Source of the DNA: Desulfomicrobium sp.
GTDB lineage: Bacteria > Desulfobacterota > Desulfovibrionia > Desulfovibrionales > Desulfomicrobiaceae
Reading direction: 5' to 3'
Assembly: GCA_040768745.1 (NCBI GenBank)
Contig: JAXGMI010000001.1
Span: forward strand, 32,001 to 96,000
DNA: 64,000 nucleotides
Below are positions 1 to 10,373 of this stretch, in pieces; the first letter of the stretch is position 1; each line of letters begins with the position of its first letter. A program made the translations under genes and the position numbers. The notes below the pieces were generated by a model. The model worked only from the letters and a program-made list of their open reading frames with translations. It ran no database searches and was not told where the DNA came from.

Positions 1-198
1 GGTCAGGTCACATCCGCCCATGTCATTGAAGACCGTGAAACCGGTCGCTCCCGTGGCTTCGGCTTTGTGGAGATGGACGAAGAGGGCGCCCGCAAGTCCA
101 TTCAGGCCCTCAACGGCGCTGACTATCAGGGCCGCAATCTGAAGGTGAACGAAGCGCAGCCTCGTCAGAGCCGCCCTTCCGGCCGCTCCCGGTACTAG
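1..198 (+). CDS. RRM (RNP-1) RNA-binding protein, 5' end outside the window
   Basis: Frame 1 reads GQVTSAHVIEDRETGRSRGFGFVEM...LNGADYQGRNLKVNEAQPR...Y-stop and contains the RNP-1 motif RGFGFVEM. Confidence 0.93.
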   Translation, partial: GQVTSAHVIEDRETGRSRGFGFVEMDEEGARKSIQALNGADYQGRNLKVNEAQPRQSRPSGRSRY

Positions 199-206
199 AA
201 ACACGC

Positions 207-239
207 AGAAAGCCCGTCCCCGACGGGCTTTCTTTTTTG
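207..239 (+). terminator. Intrinsic terminator
   Basis: Stem AGAAAGCCCGTC/GACGGGCTTTCT followed by a T run, directly after the RRM gene. Confidence 0.85.
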
Positions 240-409
240 TCACGCCGAGCATTCCCCGCCGATCCCCCGACCCACTCTTCCGTCTCCTGGTTCCCCATCA
301 CCCGGTTCCCCCCTGTGGGGGTTGATCCTGCATCGCGGCCAGGCACCGCGCGGCCCCGTTGTGCGGAGCAGGTCCCAGGCTCCGTCGCACCGTTCGTCCG
401 GCGACGATC

Positions 410-1690
410 CTAGACTGGCATCTTTCGCACGAGGTATTCCAGATACCTGGATTTGACCTGGGTGCTGGCCATGATCTGCTTGATGGCCGGCAACTTGAGC
501 ACCACGCCCAGCACGGCGGCCAGGGCGCGATGGTTCCACAGCACGCGGTTGTCGAAGAGCATGTGCTGGAACGTGCCACGTTCAATGGCCATGACCACCG
601 TGCGGTGGACAGAATTGAGGGGCGTGATGACCCTCTTCTTCCGTGCCCTCAGCGTCAGGCTTTTCTCCGGGCAAGCCCGCACGCAGACCCCGCACCCCAG
701 ACAGATCTCTTCGTTCACGCGGGCCTTTTTTCTTTTGGGCTGGTGCGGGTCGTTGGCGGAAACGATCCCCATGGCCTCCACCGGACATGCGGCGGCACAT
801 TTCCCACAGCCGTTGCAGGCCGACTCGTCCACCGCGGGGAGGTAGTTGGAGGTATGCACCGGATGCAGCATGCCGAATTTGCGCGCCGCGATCATGGCCT
901 CACAGCAGCATCCGCAACAGTTGCAGATGAAGTTCACCCCCTCGCGCACGTTTTCCCCGAATTGGACCAGACCGTGTCCCTGGGCCTGATCGAGAAGATC
1001 CATGCATTCCGGGACGTCCACCAGCCGGGCGTGCCCGTGCTTGGACAGGGACCGGGCCGACGTGTTGAAGGTCATGCAGATGTCCTGGGGGGCGTCGCAA
1101 TGCCGGCCCATATGCTGCATCTTGTGGCGGCAGTAGCAGATACTGATGGCCCGGTGCGAAGCCGTGCGGATGACCTCCGATGCCCGCTCGTAATCGAGCA
1201 CATGGACGCCGATTGCGCCGGGCAGCATGGCCTCCTGCACAAAGACCCGCCCCAGCTGGGTCTCGCCATGGGCGAAAAGGTTGAGGATGAACTCCTCCTC
1301 CACGTTCAGATACTGATAGAACAGTTCGGCCAGGACATGCTGGTCGATGTCCCCGCGGGTGCGCATCATGGAGAACTCGAAGAATCCGGCCATGGGCGGC
1401 GGGAGCACATAGGTGGTCTTTCCGTCGCACTCGATGTCCACCAGCATGGCTCGCCCGGCCAGATCCTCGAGGATGTTCCGGGCCTGGGCACGGTCCATCT
1501 TCCAGACCTCGGCCGCTTTTTCGACCGAAAACGGCCTGATGGGCAACAGGGCGATGAGGCCCGCTTCCCGTTCCGAGAAAAGAATCTTGAGGATCTTGTA
1601 CAGGGAGTCCGAAGGCGGCGCTCCCTGGGGGAAACGGTTCAGACGGTCGACAAGTTCAGCGTATCCAGACTTCTGTGCGATGTGGGACAT
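410..1690 (-). CDS. 4Fe-4S dicluster-domain protein of unknown function
   Basis: 426 aa with two ferredoxin motifs (CNGCGKCAAACP, CLGCGVCVRACP) plus CYCR and CNCCGCCC Cys clusters. Confidence 0.85.
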   Translation of the reverse strand: MSHIAQKSGYAELVDRLNRFPQGAPPSDSLYKILKILFSEREAGLIALLPIRPFSVEKAAEVWKMDRAQARNILEDLAGRAMLVDIECDGKTTYVLPPPMAGFFEFSMMRTRGDIDQHVLAELFYQYLNVEEEFILNLFAHGETQLGRVFVQEAMLPGAIGVHVLDYERASEVIRTASHRAISICYCRHKMQHMGRHCDAPQDICMTFNTSARSLSKHGHARLVDVPECMDLLDQAQGHGLVQFGENVREGVNFICNCCGCCCEAMIAARKFGMLHPVHTSNYLPAVDESACNGCGKCAAACPVEAMGIVSANDPHQPKRKKARVNEEICLGCGVCVRACPEKSLTLRARKKRVITPLNSVHRTVVMAIERGTFQHMLFDNRVLWNHRALAAVLGVVLKLPAIKQIMASTQVKSRYLEYLVRKMPV

Positions 1691-1773
1691 ATAGCCTCGC
1701 TGACAAACTTGTGCGCCAATGTCACCGATGGTGGCCCTGATATGCGCATGTTGTCATTTGCGGTGCACCCGCC

Positions 1774-2739
1774 TCAGTACCAGTATCCCCACCAGCCTCC
1801 GCGGGGCTTTGGCCGCAGGGAAACATGCGGGAAGGACGGCCGTGAGAATTCATAGCTGTCTGACCTGGAGGGGTGCTCGCTGCGCTCGAGGTCCAGAAGG
1901 CGCTGCACCCGTTCCTCTGTGGACGGATGGGTCCGCAGCCAGGACGGTTCCGGAACGCCCTGGCCGGGAAAAAGAATGCGCTGCCAAAATCCGCTTTGCA
2001 CGCGCTCCAGCTTGACCAGGGCCGAGGCCAGCCCCTCGGGATCCTCGGTCAACGCCGCTGCGCCCAAATCCGCGTCGAACTCGCGTGTGCGGGAAAGCCC
2101 GAGCTGGGCCAGGGTGCTGACGTGCGGGGCCAGGGCCAGCAGCACCAGCGGCCACCAATGCACGGTTCCGCCGGCCAGGGCCTGCGGCAGGGAGATGAAT
2201 ATCAAAACCAACCCCGTGAAACTCATGGCCGAGGTGATGCGGGAAATGGTGTCGGCCAGGCCCATGACAAAGAGGTCCCCATGGGCGATGTGCGAGATCT
2301 CATGGGCCATGACCGCCACCAGCTCGCGCGGGGACAGGGTGCGCAGGAGGCCTTCGGTCACGGCGATGGCGGACTCGGTTCTGCCACCCACGGCAAAAGC
2401 ATTGACCATGGGACTGGGCACCCACCACAGGCTGGGTGCCCGGGAAAGGCCGGCCCGGCTGGCCAATGCCCCCAGGGCATCGTGGTATTGCGGGGCCTGC
2501 TGGTAGGACACAGGACGGGCAGAGTAGAGTTTCAGAACCCACCGCCCAGAAACCTGAGGTGAAAAGATGAGCAGAAAAACGCCCCAGACCAGGACGAACC
2601 ACAGTCCGTCAGGACCCCACAGCAGCCAGCCCGCCAGCCCCGCATACCCGGTCATGAGGGCCAGGAGCAGCAATGTCTGCATGCGGTTCAGCCCGCGGTG
2701 GGAGGAAAAACGCTGCGGATCGACGGCTGTTCCGTGCAT
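1774..2739 (-). CDS. HtpX-like M48 membrane zinc metalloprotease
   Basis: NAFA, HEISH zinc motif, SRTREFDAD and THP motifs, with hydrophobic segments. Confidence 0.88.
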   Translation of the reverse strand: MHGTAVDPQRFSSHRGLNRMQTLLLLALMTGYAGLAGWLLWGPDGLWFVLVWGVFLLIFSPQVSGRWVLKLYSARPVSYQQAPQYHDALGALASRAGLSRAPSLWWVPSPMVNAFAVGGRTESAIAVTEGLLRTLSPRELVAVMAHEISHIAHGDLFVMGLADTISRITSAMSFTGLVLIFISLPQALAGGTVHWWPLVLLALAPHVSTLAQLGLSRTREFDADLGAAALTEDPEGLASALVKLERVQSGFWQRILFPGQGVPEPSWLRTHPSTEERVQRLLDLERSEHPSRSDSYEFSRPSFPHVSLRPKPRGGWWGYWY

Positions 2740-2843
2740 GCCTGGCTCCGAGGGGTGATGCAGGTGACGGGCGGAAAAAACATGCTACTGAATAAACACG
2801 GTCGCCACAACAGCAGGTTCAGCGAGGGCAGCGAAATCCAAGG

Positions 2844-3839
2844 TCAGTGCACGCGGATCACGACTTTGCCCAGGGCCAGTCCGCTGTCCAGGAACTCGTG
2901 AGCCTGGGCAATTTCCTCCAGACAAAACACCTTGCCCGGCAAAGGCCGGATCTTTCCGGTTTGGACCAAGTCAGCCAGCAGGGCCATGATCTGGCCGTGG
3001 CGTTCCCGGCCCTGGCCGGTAATGAGTGGCAGCAGCATGAAGACCACGGACAGGGTCAGGCCCTTGGCGTGCAGGGGCGAAAGATCGTGGGTGGAGCGGG
3101 TGTTGGTGGAGACGACAATTCCGCCCGCTCGGGCGGCCAGAAAGGATGCATCCAGATTGGTCCCGCCCACGGTATCGAAGACAATGTCGAAGCCTTGTCC
3201 CCCGGTCAGTCTGGAAACATACTCCTGGGGCTTCTCCTCGCGGTAGTTGATGATCTCGTCCGCACCCAGGGATTTGGCCAGCTCGGCCTTGCCGGCCGAG
3301 GATACGGTTGTGGCCACCCGGGCCCCGCGGGACTTGGCCAGTTGCACGGCCACGTGCCCCACTCCGCCTGTCCCGGCATGGATGAGCGCGGATTGTCCGG
3401 CCTGGATCCGGGCCCGGTCGAAAAGCGCATCCCAGGCCGTGATGCCCACCAGAGGCAGGGCCGCAGCCTCAACCATGGTCAGGTTCGCCGGTTTCAGGGC
3501 CAGAAGTCTGGCGTCGGCGAGGGTGAATTGGGCCAGCGCCCCAGGCATGTCGGTCAGCCCTCCTGCACAGCCGAAAACCTCGTCGCCAGGCTTGAAGTCC
3601 GTGACCCCCTGGCCCACGGATTCGACGGTCCCGGCCACGTCCATGCCCAGAATGGCAGGCAGGGCCGGCGCGAAGACCGGTCGCATTTTCCTGATTTTGA
3701 TGTCGATGGGGTTGACGCTGGTCGCCGCCACGCGGACCAGCACATGACCGGGCTTCAGGGCCGGCAGGGGGATCTCGGCCAGATGAAAATCAGGCTTCTC
3801 CCCGTAGCTATGCAGGAGCTGCGCTTTCATGGTTTCCAT
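2844..3839 (-). CDS. MDR-family NAD(P)H:quinone oxidoreductase-like protein
   Basis: SVNPID, GMDVAGTV, AAALPLVGITAW, IHAGTGGVG and C-terminal GKVV motifs. Confidence 0.88.
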   Translation of the reverse strand: METMKAQLLHSYGEKPDFHLAEIPLPALKPGHVLVRVAATSVNPIDIKIRKMRPVFAPALPAILGMDVAGTVESVGQGVTDFKPGDEVFGCAGGLTDMPGALAQFTLADARLLALKPANLTMVEAAALPLVGITAWDALFDRARIQAGQSALIHAGTGGVGHVAVQLAKSRGARVATTVSSAGKAELAKSLGADEIINYREEKPQEYVSRLTGGQGFDIVFDTVGGTNLDASFLAARAGGIVVSTNTRSTHDLSPLHAKGLTLSVVFMLLPLITGQGRERHGQIMALLADLVQTGKIRPLPGKVFCLEEIAQAHEFLDSGLALGKVVIRVH

Positions 3840-5488
3840 GGCTCGTCCTCACCATCTTGCAGGTACATCTCGCGCATGGCCACCTTGTTGGTCTTGCCCA
3901 CGCTGGTCCTGACGATGGCCTCGACCAGTTTGGCCTTGACCAGGATGGCCTCCCTGGACAGCACGCCCTTGTCCACGAATCCCTTCACATACTGCGCAAT
4001 TTCCTTTTCCTGCAGGTGCGCCCCCTTTTTGGGCACGACCAGGGCCAACGGCGTCTCCCCCCAGCGCAGATTGGGTTTGGCCACAACAGCCACCTCGGCC
4101 ACGCTGGGATGCTGCAGGATGATGTCCTCCAGTTCCAACGAACTGACCCATTCCCCGCCGACCTTGATCACATCCTTGGTCCGGTCGGTGATCCGGATGC
4201 TGCCGTTCTCGTTCCGGCAGGCCACATCGCCGGTATTCAGCCAGCCGTCAGTCCACAGCTTTTTCGAGTTGTGCTCGTCCTTCAGATAGGCCTGGGTCAG
4301 CCACGGAGCCCGGACCTGCAGGGCTCCCGGGGTTCTGTCGTCATCAGGCACCTCCTGACCCTTGTCATCCGTCAGGCGCATGTGGACCATGGGCAGGGGC
4401 TTGCCGGTCCGGGTCCGCAGGCCGATCTGGGTCTGGCGATCCAGGTCCATCTCTGCGTCGGAAAGCTGGGATAGACTCAGAATGGGGCAGGTCTCAGACA
4501 TTCCATAGCCGGTGAACACATCGATCCCCCGGTCCAGGGCCGCAGCGCAGACCGACTTGGGCAGGGCCCCGCCGCCGATGATTACCTTCCATCCCCCAAG
4601 GTCGTACTGGGCGCACTTGGGATCGGAAAGGAGCATGTGCAGGATGGTCGGCACGCAGTGGCTGAAGGTCACCCTTTCCGTGGCGATGAGCCGGGCCAGG
4701 GCCTCGGGCACATATTTTCCGGGATAGACCTGCTTCACCCCGAGCATGGTGGCCATGTACGGGACGCCCCAGGCGTGAACATGGAACATGGGGGTCATGG
4801 GCATGTACACGTCTTCGCGGTGGAAACGGCCCTGGGTCGCGTTGGAGCCCAAGGCCGCAAGCCCGGCCAGGGTGTGCAGGACAAGTTGGCGGTGGCTGAA
4901 GAAGACCCCTTTGGGCAGCCCCGTGGTCCCGGTGGTGTAGAACGTGGTGGCCCTGGTGTTTTCGTCCAGGTCCGGGAATGCGCAGAGTGGCTCGCTGGTC
5001 GCCAGCAACTCCTCGTATTCCCCGGACAGGGACAGGAGGGTCTGCGGGATTTTGCCCGTGTCCGAAAGGAGGATGCAGCTCCGAACCGTATCCAGCCTGC
5101 CCCTGATCTGTTCAAGCAGGGGGAGAAGTTCCTCGTGAACCAGGATGACGTCATCCTCGGCATGGCCGATGGTGTAGACCATCTGTTCCGGGGAAAGACG
5201 GATGTTGACGGTATGCAGAACCGCGCCGATCATGGGTACTGCATAGTAGCATTCGAGATACCGGTGACTGTCAAAATCCATGACGGCCACGGTATCGCCG
5301 GGCTGCACACCCTGCGCCAGAAGCATGGCGGCCAGCCTGGCCACCCGTTCCCGGAACCGGGCATAGCTGAAGCGGACGCTTCCCGCATAGACGATTTCCT
5401 GGTCCGGATGGTCCTGGATCGGGGCCGAAAACAGGTTCTTGATCAGCAATTGCTGGGTCTGGCTGCCGTATGATAAGGGCATGGACAT
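3827..5488 (-). CDS. Fatty acid--CoA ligase (AMP-binding)
   Basis: YTTGTTGLPKG, GYGMSET, TGD and DRTKDVIKVGGE motifs. ATG 5488 is preceded by GAGGA. Confidence 0.9.
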   Translation of the reverse strand: MSMPLSYGSQTQQLLIKNLFSAPIQDHPDQEIVYAGSVRFSYARFRERVARLAAMLLAQGVQPGDTVAVMDFDSHRYLECYYAVPMIGAVLHTVNIRLSPEQMVYTIGHAEDDVILVHEELLPLLEQIRGRLDTVRSCILLSDTGKIPQTLLSLSGEYEELLATSEPLCAFPDLDENTRATTFYTTGTTGLPKGVFFSHRQLVLHTLAGLAALGSNATQGRFHREDVYMPMTPMFHVHAWGVPYMATMLGVKQVYPGKYVPEALARLIATERVTFSHCVPTILHMLLSDPKCAQYDLGGWKVIIGGGALPKSVCAAALDRGIDVFTGYGMSETCPILSLSQLSDAEMDLDRQTQIGLRTRTGKPLPMVHMRLTDDKGQEVPDDDRTPGALQVRAPWLTQAYLKDEHNSKKLWTDGWLNTGDVACRNENGSIRITDRTKDVIKVGGEWVSSLELEDIILQHPSVAEVAVVAKPNLRWGETPLALVVPKKGAHLQEKEIAQYVKGFVDKGVLSREAILVKAKLVEAIVRTSVGKTNKVAMREMYLQDGEDEPWKP

Positions 5489-5573
5489 CTGTTCCTCGCA
5501 ACGGTTCATTGAGATCGGGATCAACCTCGGTCACTTCCCGACAAATACTGAAGCCGGGTATTCTTTGCAAACC

Positions 5574-5588
5574 GCATGTGTCCCGCCA
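5574..5588 (-). promoter_or_regulatory. Possible sigma54 -24/-12 promoter for the CoA-ligase operon
   Basis: Minus strand TGGCGGGACACATGC fits the TGGC-N7-(T)TGC spacing, with an AT-rich tract upstream. Confidence 0.35.
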
Positions 5589-6368
5589 GCTCATTGAATT
5601 TCATGTATTTTAAATGATACCCATGAATCGTCGTGGTTTGTTGTCCAGCAGATCCACACCAATCGCGACCCGAGGCGCATGGTTCCTCGAACCCGCGCCC
5701 CCTGAGTTTCTGTGCCACGACATGGACCCAGAGCGAAAAATGAGGATGACTGTTTCGGGACGCAGGCGCGTGCCACTTTCAGCCGGACGAACAGGCAGCA
5801 GATTTTTCTGGAAAATCTGCCCAGAACGCCCCCTGCTTCGGCCTGATTATTGCTTAATATGACAACGGTGTCGCGAATCCGGCAACCTTCCTGCGGCAGG
5901 TCTATGACCTGCCCGCGCGATATGGAAAGGCGGGCGCATCCCCTCGACATTCCCGCCCCTCACGTTGCAGCCTGGGCATCCCGCAGCCTCATGTCCTGGA
6001 CAATCCGAGCGTAAGGGTTCTGCAGCAACAACGTATCATATCGATATCGCTATGAAAATTATTCAATATCAAAATTCGTCCCAGCCCATGGGTCCTGCCC
6101 GTGCCCCACTGCACAGAGAAGTCCCGACCCGGCCCGCCGGACAAAAAATCGAACTTCCTGACGAATTTTGCGCTCCTGCTCCGCGTATCCGCCATTGCCG
6201 GCCTGCTGCGCGTCGCTCACCCGGTGAGCTGACTCCCGTGTCCGCAAGTCCTTTCTGGCACATCAGCACCCCTGCATCGGCTCCACAGGCAAAGACACGA
6301 CCGGGGGCTCACTCTTTTCACTATGACCGCCTCCGCCGGGATGGCTGAACGATAAACAAACGACACTT

Positions 6369-7526
6369 ATGAAACGTGCCATCATCCTTCTTCTGCTCCT
6401 CTCCGTTCTTGCCGGAGTCTGGTACTGGTGGAAACACCAGGAATCAGAGCGTCTCAACTCCCCCGTGGCCTTTTACGGCAACGTGGACATCCGCGAAGTC
6501 CGACTCGGGTTCAGGGTCGCCGGGCGGGTACGGGAGGTGTTGAAGGAGGAGGGAGACCAGATCGGCGCGGGCGAGATCGTGGCTAGGCTGGACGACGAGC
6601 CCTACCGCAACGCCGTGGCCCAGGCCGAGGCGCAGGTGGAAAGTCTGGCGGCCCGGGTGGTGGAACTCAAAAACGGCAACCGCCCAGAGGAAATCGAGCA
6701 GGCCCGCAAGAATCTGGCTGCGGCCCAGGCAGAACAGGAACACGCCCAGATCATTTTCAACCGGCAGAAGAGGCTCATCGCCACCAGCGTCGTTGCCCAG
6801 CAGGATTTCGACAACGCCCGTTCCGCCCTGCAGGCGAGCACAGCCCTCCGCGACGCGGCCCAGGCCGCATTGAACCTGCTCAATGCCGGGGCGCGCAATG
6901 AGCAGATCGCCCAAGCCGAGGCCAATCTGGCGGCAGCCCGGGCCACCCTGGCCCAGGCCAGTACCAACCTGGCCGACACCGTGCTGGTTGCCCCTGAAGC
7001 GGGAGTGGCCCTCACCCGCGTCGTTGAACCGGGCAGCATTGTTCAGGCAGGGAGCGTCATCCTGTCTGAGAGCCTGACCAGTCCGGTCCGGGTCCGGGCC
7101 TACGCGCCAGAACCTCAGCTCGGACTCGTTCATCCCGGCCGCGAGGTCCTGGTCTTCACGGACTCCCGTCCTGAACCCTATCACGGACAGATCGGGGACG
7201 TGTCGCCCCGGGCCGAATTCACACCAAAATCAGTGGAAACCCCGGAATTGCGCACCGCCCTGGTCTATCGTTTCCGGGTCACCATCCGCGACGCGGACCA
7301 GGGACTGCGCCAGGGCATGCCGGTCACGATTCGTCTGGGCACAGAGGCACAGGCCGCACCCCCCGGGGAACAGAGGGGGCATGTCCCGCCGCAGAGAGGG
7401 TCGAAACCAGCGGCAACGGAGGCTTCGGAACTTCGGGACAACGAGTCCCCCTCCTGCCGCGTGGCCCGGAGTGCGCCCAAAAATCCTGGCTCTGTCCCGG
7501 CAGCCCTGGGCACCGCAGAGGGGTGA
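6369..7526 (+). CDS. ybhG: HlyD-family membrane fusion protein (YbhG-like)
   Basis: N-terminal TM, YGNVDIREV and SPRAEFTPKSVETPELRTALVYR; first gene of the ABC cluster. Confidence 0.85.
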   Translation: MKRAIILLLLLSVLAGVWYWWKHQESERLNSPVAFYGNVDIREVRLGFRVAGRVREVLKEEGDQIGAGEIVARLDDEPYRNAVAQAEAQVESLAARVVELKNGNRPEEIEQARKNLAAAQAEQEHAQIIFNRQKRLIATSVVAQQDFDNARSALQASTALRDAAQAALNLLNAGARNEQIAQAEANLAAARATLAQASTNLADTVLVAPEAGVALTRVVEPGSIVQAGSVILSESLTSPVRVRAYAPEPQLGLVHPGREVLVFTDSRPEPYHGQIGDVSPRAEFTPKSVETPELRTALVYRFRVTIRDADQGLRQGMPVTIRLGTEAQAAPPGEQRGHVPPQRGSKPAATEASELRDNESPSCRVARSAPKNPGSVPAALGTAEG

Positions 7527-7528
7527 AC

Positions 7529-9247
7529 ATGTCCGCTGCCGTCGTTCTGTCCAGACTCTGCAAGACGTTTTCGGGCATGAAATCCCCGGCCTTGGACGGG
7601 ATCAGTGCGACCATCCGTTCAGGGATCATCACCGGCATCGTTGGGCCCGACGGAGCCGGAAAGACCACGCTCATGCGCCTCATGGCCGGACTGCTACGCA
7701 AAGGCGCGGGAGACGTGGCTGTCCTGGGTCTCGATCCCGTGGACCGGACCGACGAACTGCGCCTGCGCGTGGGCTACATGCCGCAGAAATTCGGCCTGTA
7801 CGAAGACCTGTCGGTCATCGAAAACCTGCGCCTGCACGCCGACCTGCGCGGCCTGCTCGGCCAGGAGCGCCAGGCCACCTTCGCCCGTCTCCTCTCCTTC
7901 ACGGACCTGCACCGTTTCACGGACAGGATGGCCGGCAAACTCTCCGGCGGCATGAAGCAGAAACTCGGCTTGGCCTGCGCCCTCCTGGGCAAGCCGGACC
8001 TGCTCCTCCTGGACGAACCGAGTGTGGGCGTCGATCCCATAAGTCGCCGGGAACTTTGGAGGATGGTCCGGGAGTTGGCCGACGGAGGCATGGCCGTGGT
8101 CTGGAGTACGGCCTACCTGGAAGAGGCCGAAACCTGTGACGAGGTTATCCTGCTCCATGAGGGAGCCCTGCTTTTTTCTGGAAGGCCTGCTGACCTGACC
8201 GGACGCCTGGCCGGACGGTGCCTCCATCTGCACGGCGTCGAAGGGCGGAGACGGAAGGCCCTGAACCGCATGCTCCGCCTGCCGGAAGTCGCCGATGGCG
8301 CCATCCAGGGCCACAGTCTGCGGGTCATTCTCCGGGAAGGGGCAATCCGCCCTGCCCCCGGAGACCTCGGCCTCCCTGGCGCGCCCCAATGGAAAGAAGT
8401 CACTCCACGATTCGAGGACGCATTCATCGATCTGCTGGGAGGCGGACCGGGCGGGGAATCGGTGTTGGCTGCATCCATGCCGGCGCGCCAAAAAAACGGC
8501 GCGGATCTCATCGTGGCCGAAAACCTGACCAAGATGTTCGGGGACTTCGCAGCCACGGACCAGGTCACCTTTTCCGTGCACCAGGGGGAAATTTTCGGCC
8601 TCCTGGGTCCCAACGGGGCAGGCAAGTCCACCACCTTCAAGATGATGTGCGGACTGCTGAAACCCACCTCTGGGCGGGCCGAGGTCATGGGCATCGACCT
8701 CAGGAAAAGCCCGGCCCAGGCCCGCCAGCGCCTGGGATACATGGCCCAGAAATTCTCCCTGTACGGAAAGCTGAGCGTTCGCCAGAACCTGGAATTCTTC
8801 TCGGGGGTGTACGGACTTTCCGGCGGCCGGCAGCGGGCCGCGGTGGAAGGCATGATCGAGTCCTTTCATCTGCGGCCATTCCTGCAGGTCAAGACCGACG
8901 ACCTGTCTCTGGGGTACAAGCAGCGCATCGCCCTGGCCTGCTCGGCCATGCACGAGCCAGACATCCTTTTCCTCGATGAGCCCACCTCCGGGGTGGATCC
9001 CCTCACGCGAAGGGAATTCTGGAACCATATCAACGGAGTGGTCGAAAAAGGGGTGACCGTCATGGTCACCACCCATTTCATGGACGAGGCCGAATACTGT
9101 GACCGCATCGGTCTGATCCACCAGGGCCGCCTCATCGCCCTGGCCCCGCCAGATGATCTGAAGAAAAGCGTGGCCTCCAAAGAAATGCCCGATCCGACCA
9201 TGGAAGACGCCTTCATTGAGCTCATTCTGCGGGAGGGACAGGCATGA
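7529..9247 (+). CDS. ybhF: ABC transporter double ATPase (YbhF-like)
   Basis: Two Walker A motifs (GPDGAGKTT, GPNGAGKST), LSGGMKQ and two LLDEP/FLDEP motifs. Confidence 0.9.
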   Translation: MSAAVVLSRLCKTFSGMKSPALDGISATIRSGIITGIVGPDGAGKTTLMRLMAGLLRKGAGDVAVLGLDPVDRTDELRLRVGYMPQKFGLYEDLSVIENLRLHADLRGLLGQERQATFARLLSFTDLHRFTDRMAGKLSGGMKQKLGLACALLGKPDLLLLDEPSVGVDPISRRELWRMVRELADGGMAVVWSTAYLEEAETCDEVILLHEGALLFSGRPADLTGRLAGRCLHLHGVEGRRRKALNRMLRLPEVADGAIQGHSLRVILREGAIRPAPGDLGLPGAPQWKEVTPRFEDAFIDLLGGGPGGESVLAASMPARQKNGADLIVAENLTKMFGDFAATDQVTFSVHQGEIFGLLGPNGAGKSTTFKMMCGLLKPTSGRAEVMGIDLRKSPAQARQRLGYMAQKFSLYGKLSVRQNLEFFSGVYGLSGGRQRAAVEGMIESFHLRPFLQVKTDDLSLGYKQRIALACSAMHEPDILFLDEPTSGVDPLTRREFWNHINGVVEKGVTVMVTTHFMDEAEYCDRIGLIHQGRLIALAPPDDLKKSVASKEMPDPTMEDAFIELILREGQA

Positions 9248-10371
9248 AGACCGTCTCATGGCGCAGATTGAAAGCCCTGAGCCTGAAGGAGAGCCGCCAG
9301 ATTCTGCGCGACCCGAGCAGCGGCATCGTGGCCTTTGTCCTGCCCATGCTGCTGCTGGTCATATTTGGCTACGGTATCAATCTGGACACGGACATGGTTC
9401 GGCTGGGGCTGTGCAACCAAGACGGTGGACCCGAATCAGTCCGTTTCGCCGCCCACCTCTCGGGCTCTTCCTACTTCAAGGTGGTGGGGGGGGACAGACC
9501 CCGGCTGGACGCGATGCTGGAAAACGGCCTGATCCGTGGCTACGTGGTCCTGCCCCAGGATTTCTCGGCCTTGATGAACCACAGCCAGACCACGGCCCCC
9601 ATTCAGCTCGTCACGGATGGGGCCGAGATCAACACCGCCAACTTCATCGCCAACTTCATGAAATACGTCTGGCAGGACTGGCGGCTTTCCCGGGCCCGCG
9701 ACCTCGGGGAAACGGCCAGGCAGGGGGCGGACATGGACGTCCGCTACTGGTTCAACGCAGCGGCCATCAGCCGGCATTACCTCATCCCCGGGTCCATCAC
9801 CATCATCATGACCGTCATCGGGGCCATGCTGACGTCCCTGGTGGTGGCCAGGGAATGGGAGCGCGGAACCATGGAGGCGCTGCTGGCCGCGCCTGTGACC
9901 CGCGCCGAACTGCTGCTGTCCAAGCTGATACCCTACTATGTCCTGGGCATGGGCTCCATGGCCGTGGTCGCCTTTTGCGCCGTGTATATCATGGGCGTGC
10001 CGTTTCGAGGCTCCGCAGCCGTGCTCTTCCTCGTGACCTCGGTCTTTCTGCTCAGCATGCTCGGAATCGGCCTGCTGATCTCCTCGGTCATGCGCAACCA
10101 ATTCGACAGCGCCCAAACCACACTCAATGTAGCCTTTCTGCCCGCGGTCATGCTTTCGGGCGCGTTTTTCGTCATTTCGAGCATGCCGGCCCCCATCCGG
10201 GCCCTGACCTATCTGCTCCCGTCGCGCTATCTCGTCAGCTCGCTGCAGACCATCTTTCTGGCCGGAGACGTGTGGGATGTCCTGCTCCCGGATATCGCCT
10301 TCCTGACAGGAACCAGCGTCCTGTTCCTGGCGCTGACGGCCCTGAAAACCACCCGCAGGCTGGACGGGTGA
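9244..10371 (+). CDS. ybhS: ABC-2 permease (YbhS-like)
   Basis: KESRQILRD and AREWERGTMEALL motifs with multiple TM segments. Confidence 0.87.
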   Translation: MKTVSWRRLKALSLKESRQILRDPSSGIVAFVLPMLLLVIFGYGINLDTDMVRLGLCNQDGGPESVRFAAHLSGSSYFKVVGGDRPRLDAMLENGLIRGYVVLPQDFSALMNHSQTTAPIQLVTDGAEINTANFIANFMKYVWQDWRLSRARDLGETARQGADMDVRYWFNAAAISRHYLIPGSITIIMTVIGAMLTSLVVAREWERGTMEALLAAPVTRAELLLSKLIPYYVLGMGSMAVVAFCAVYIMGVPFRGSAAVLFLVTSVFLLSMLGIGLLISSVMRNQFDSAQTTLNVAFLPAVMLSGAFFVISSMPAPIRALTYLLPSRYLVSSLQTIFLAGDVWDVLLPDIAFLTGTSVLFLALTALKTTRRLDG

Positions 10372-10373
10372 CC

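Noticed and set aside
5965..6348. 127-aa ORF or structured RNA upstream of ybhG
   Set aside because: No RBS or motif support and no recognisable RNA family; left unassigned.
9216..10373. N-terminal half of the 756-aa ORF
   Set aside because: It is an out-of-frame overlap with ybhS; the real gene starts at 10374.
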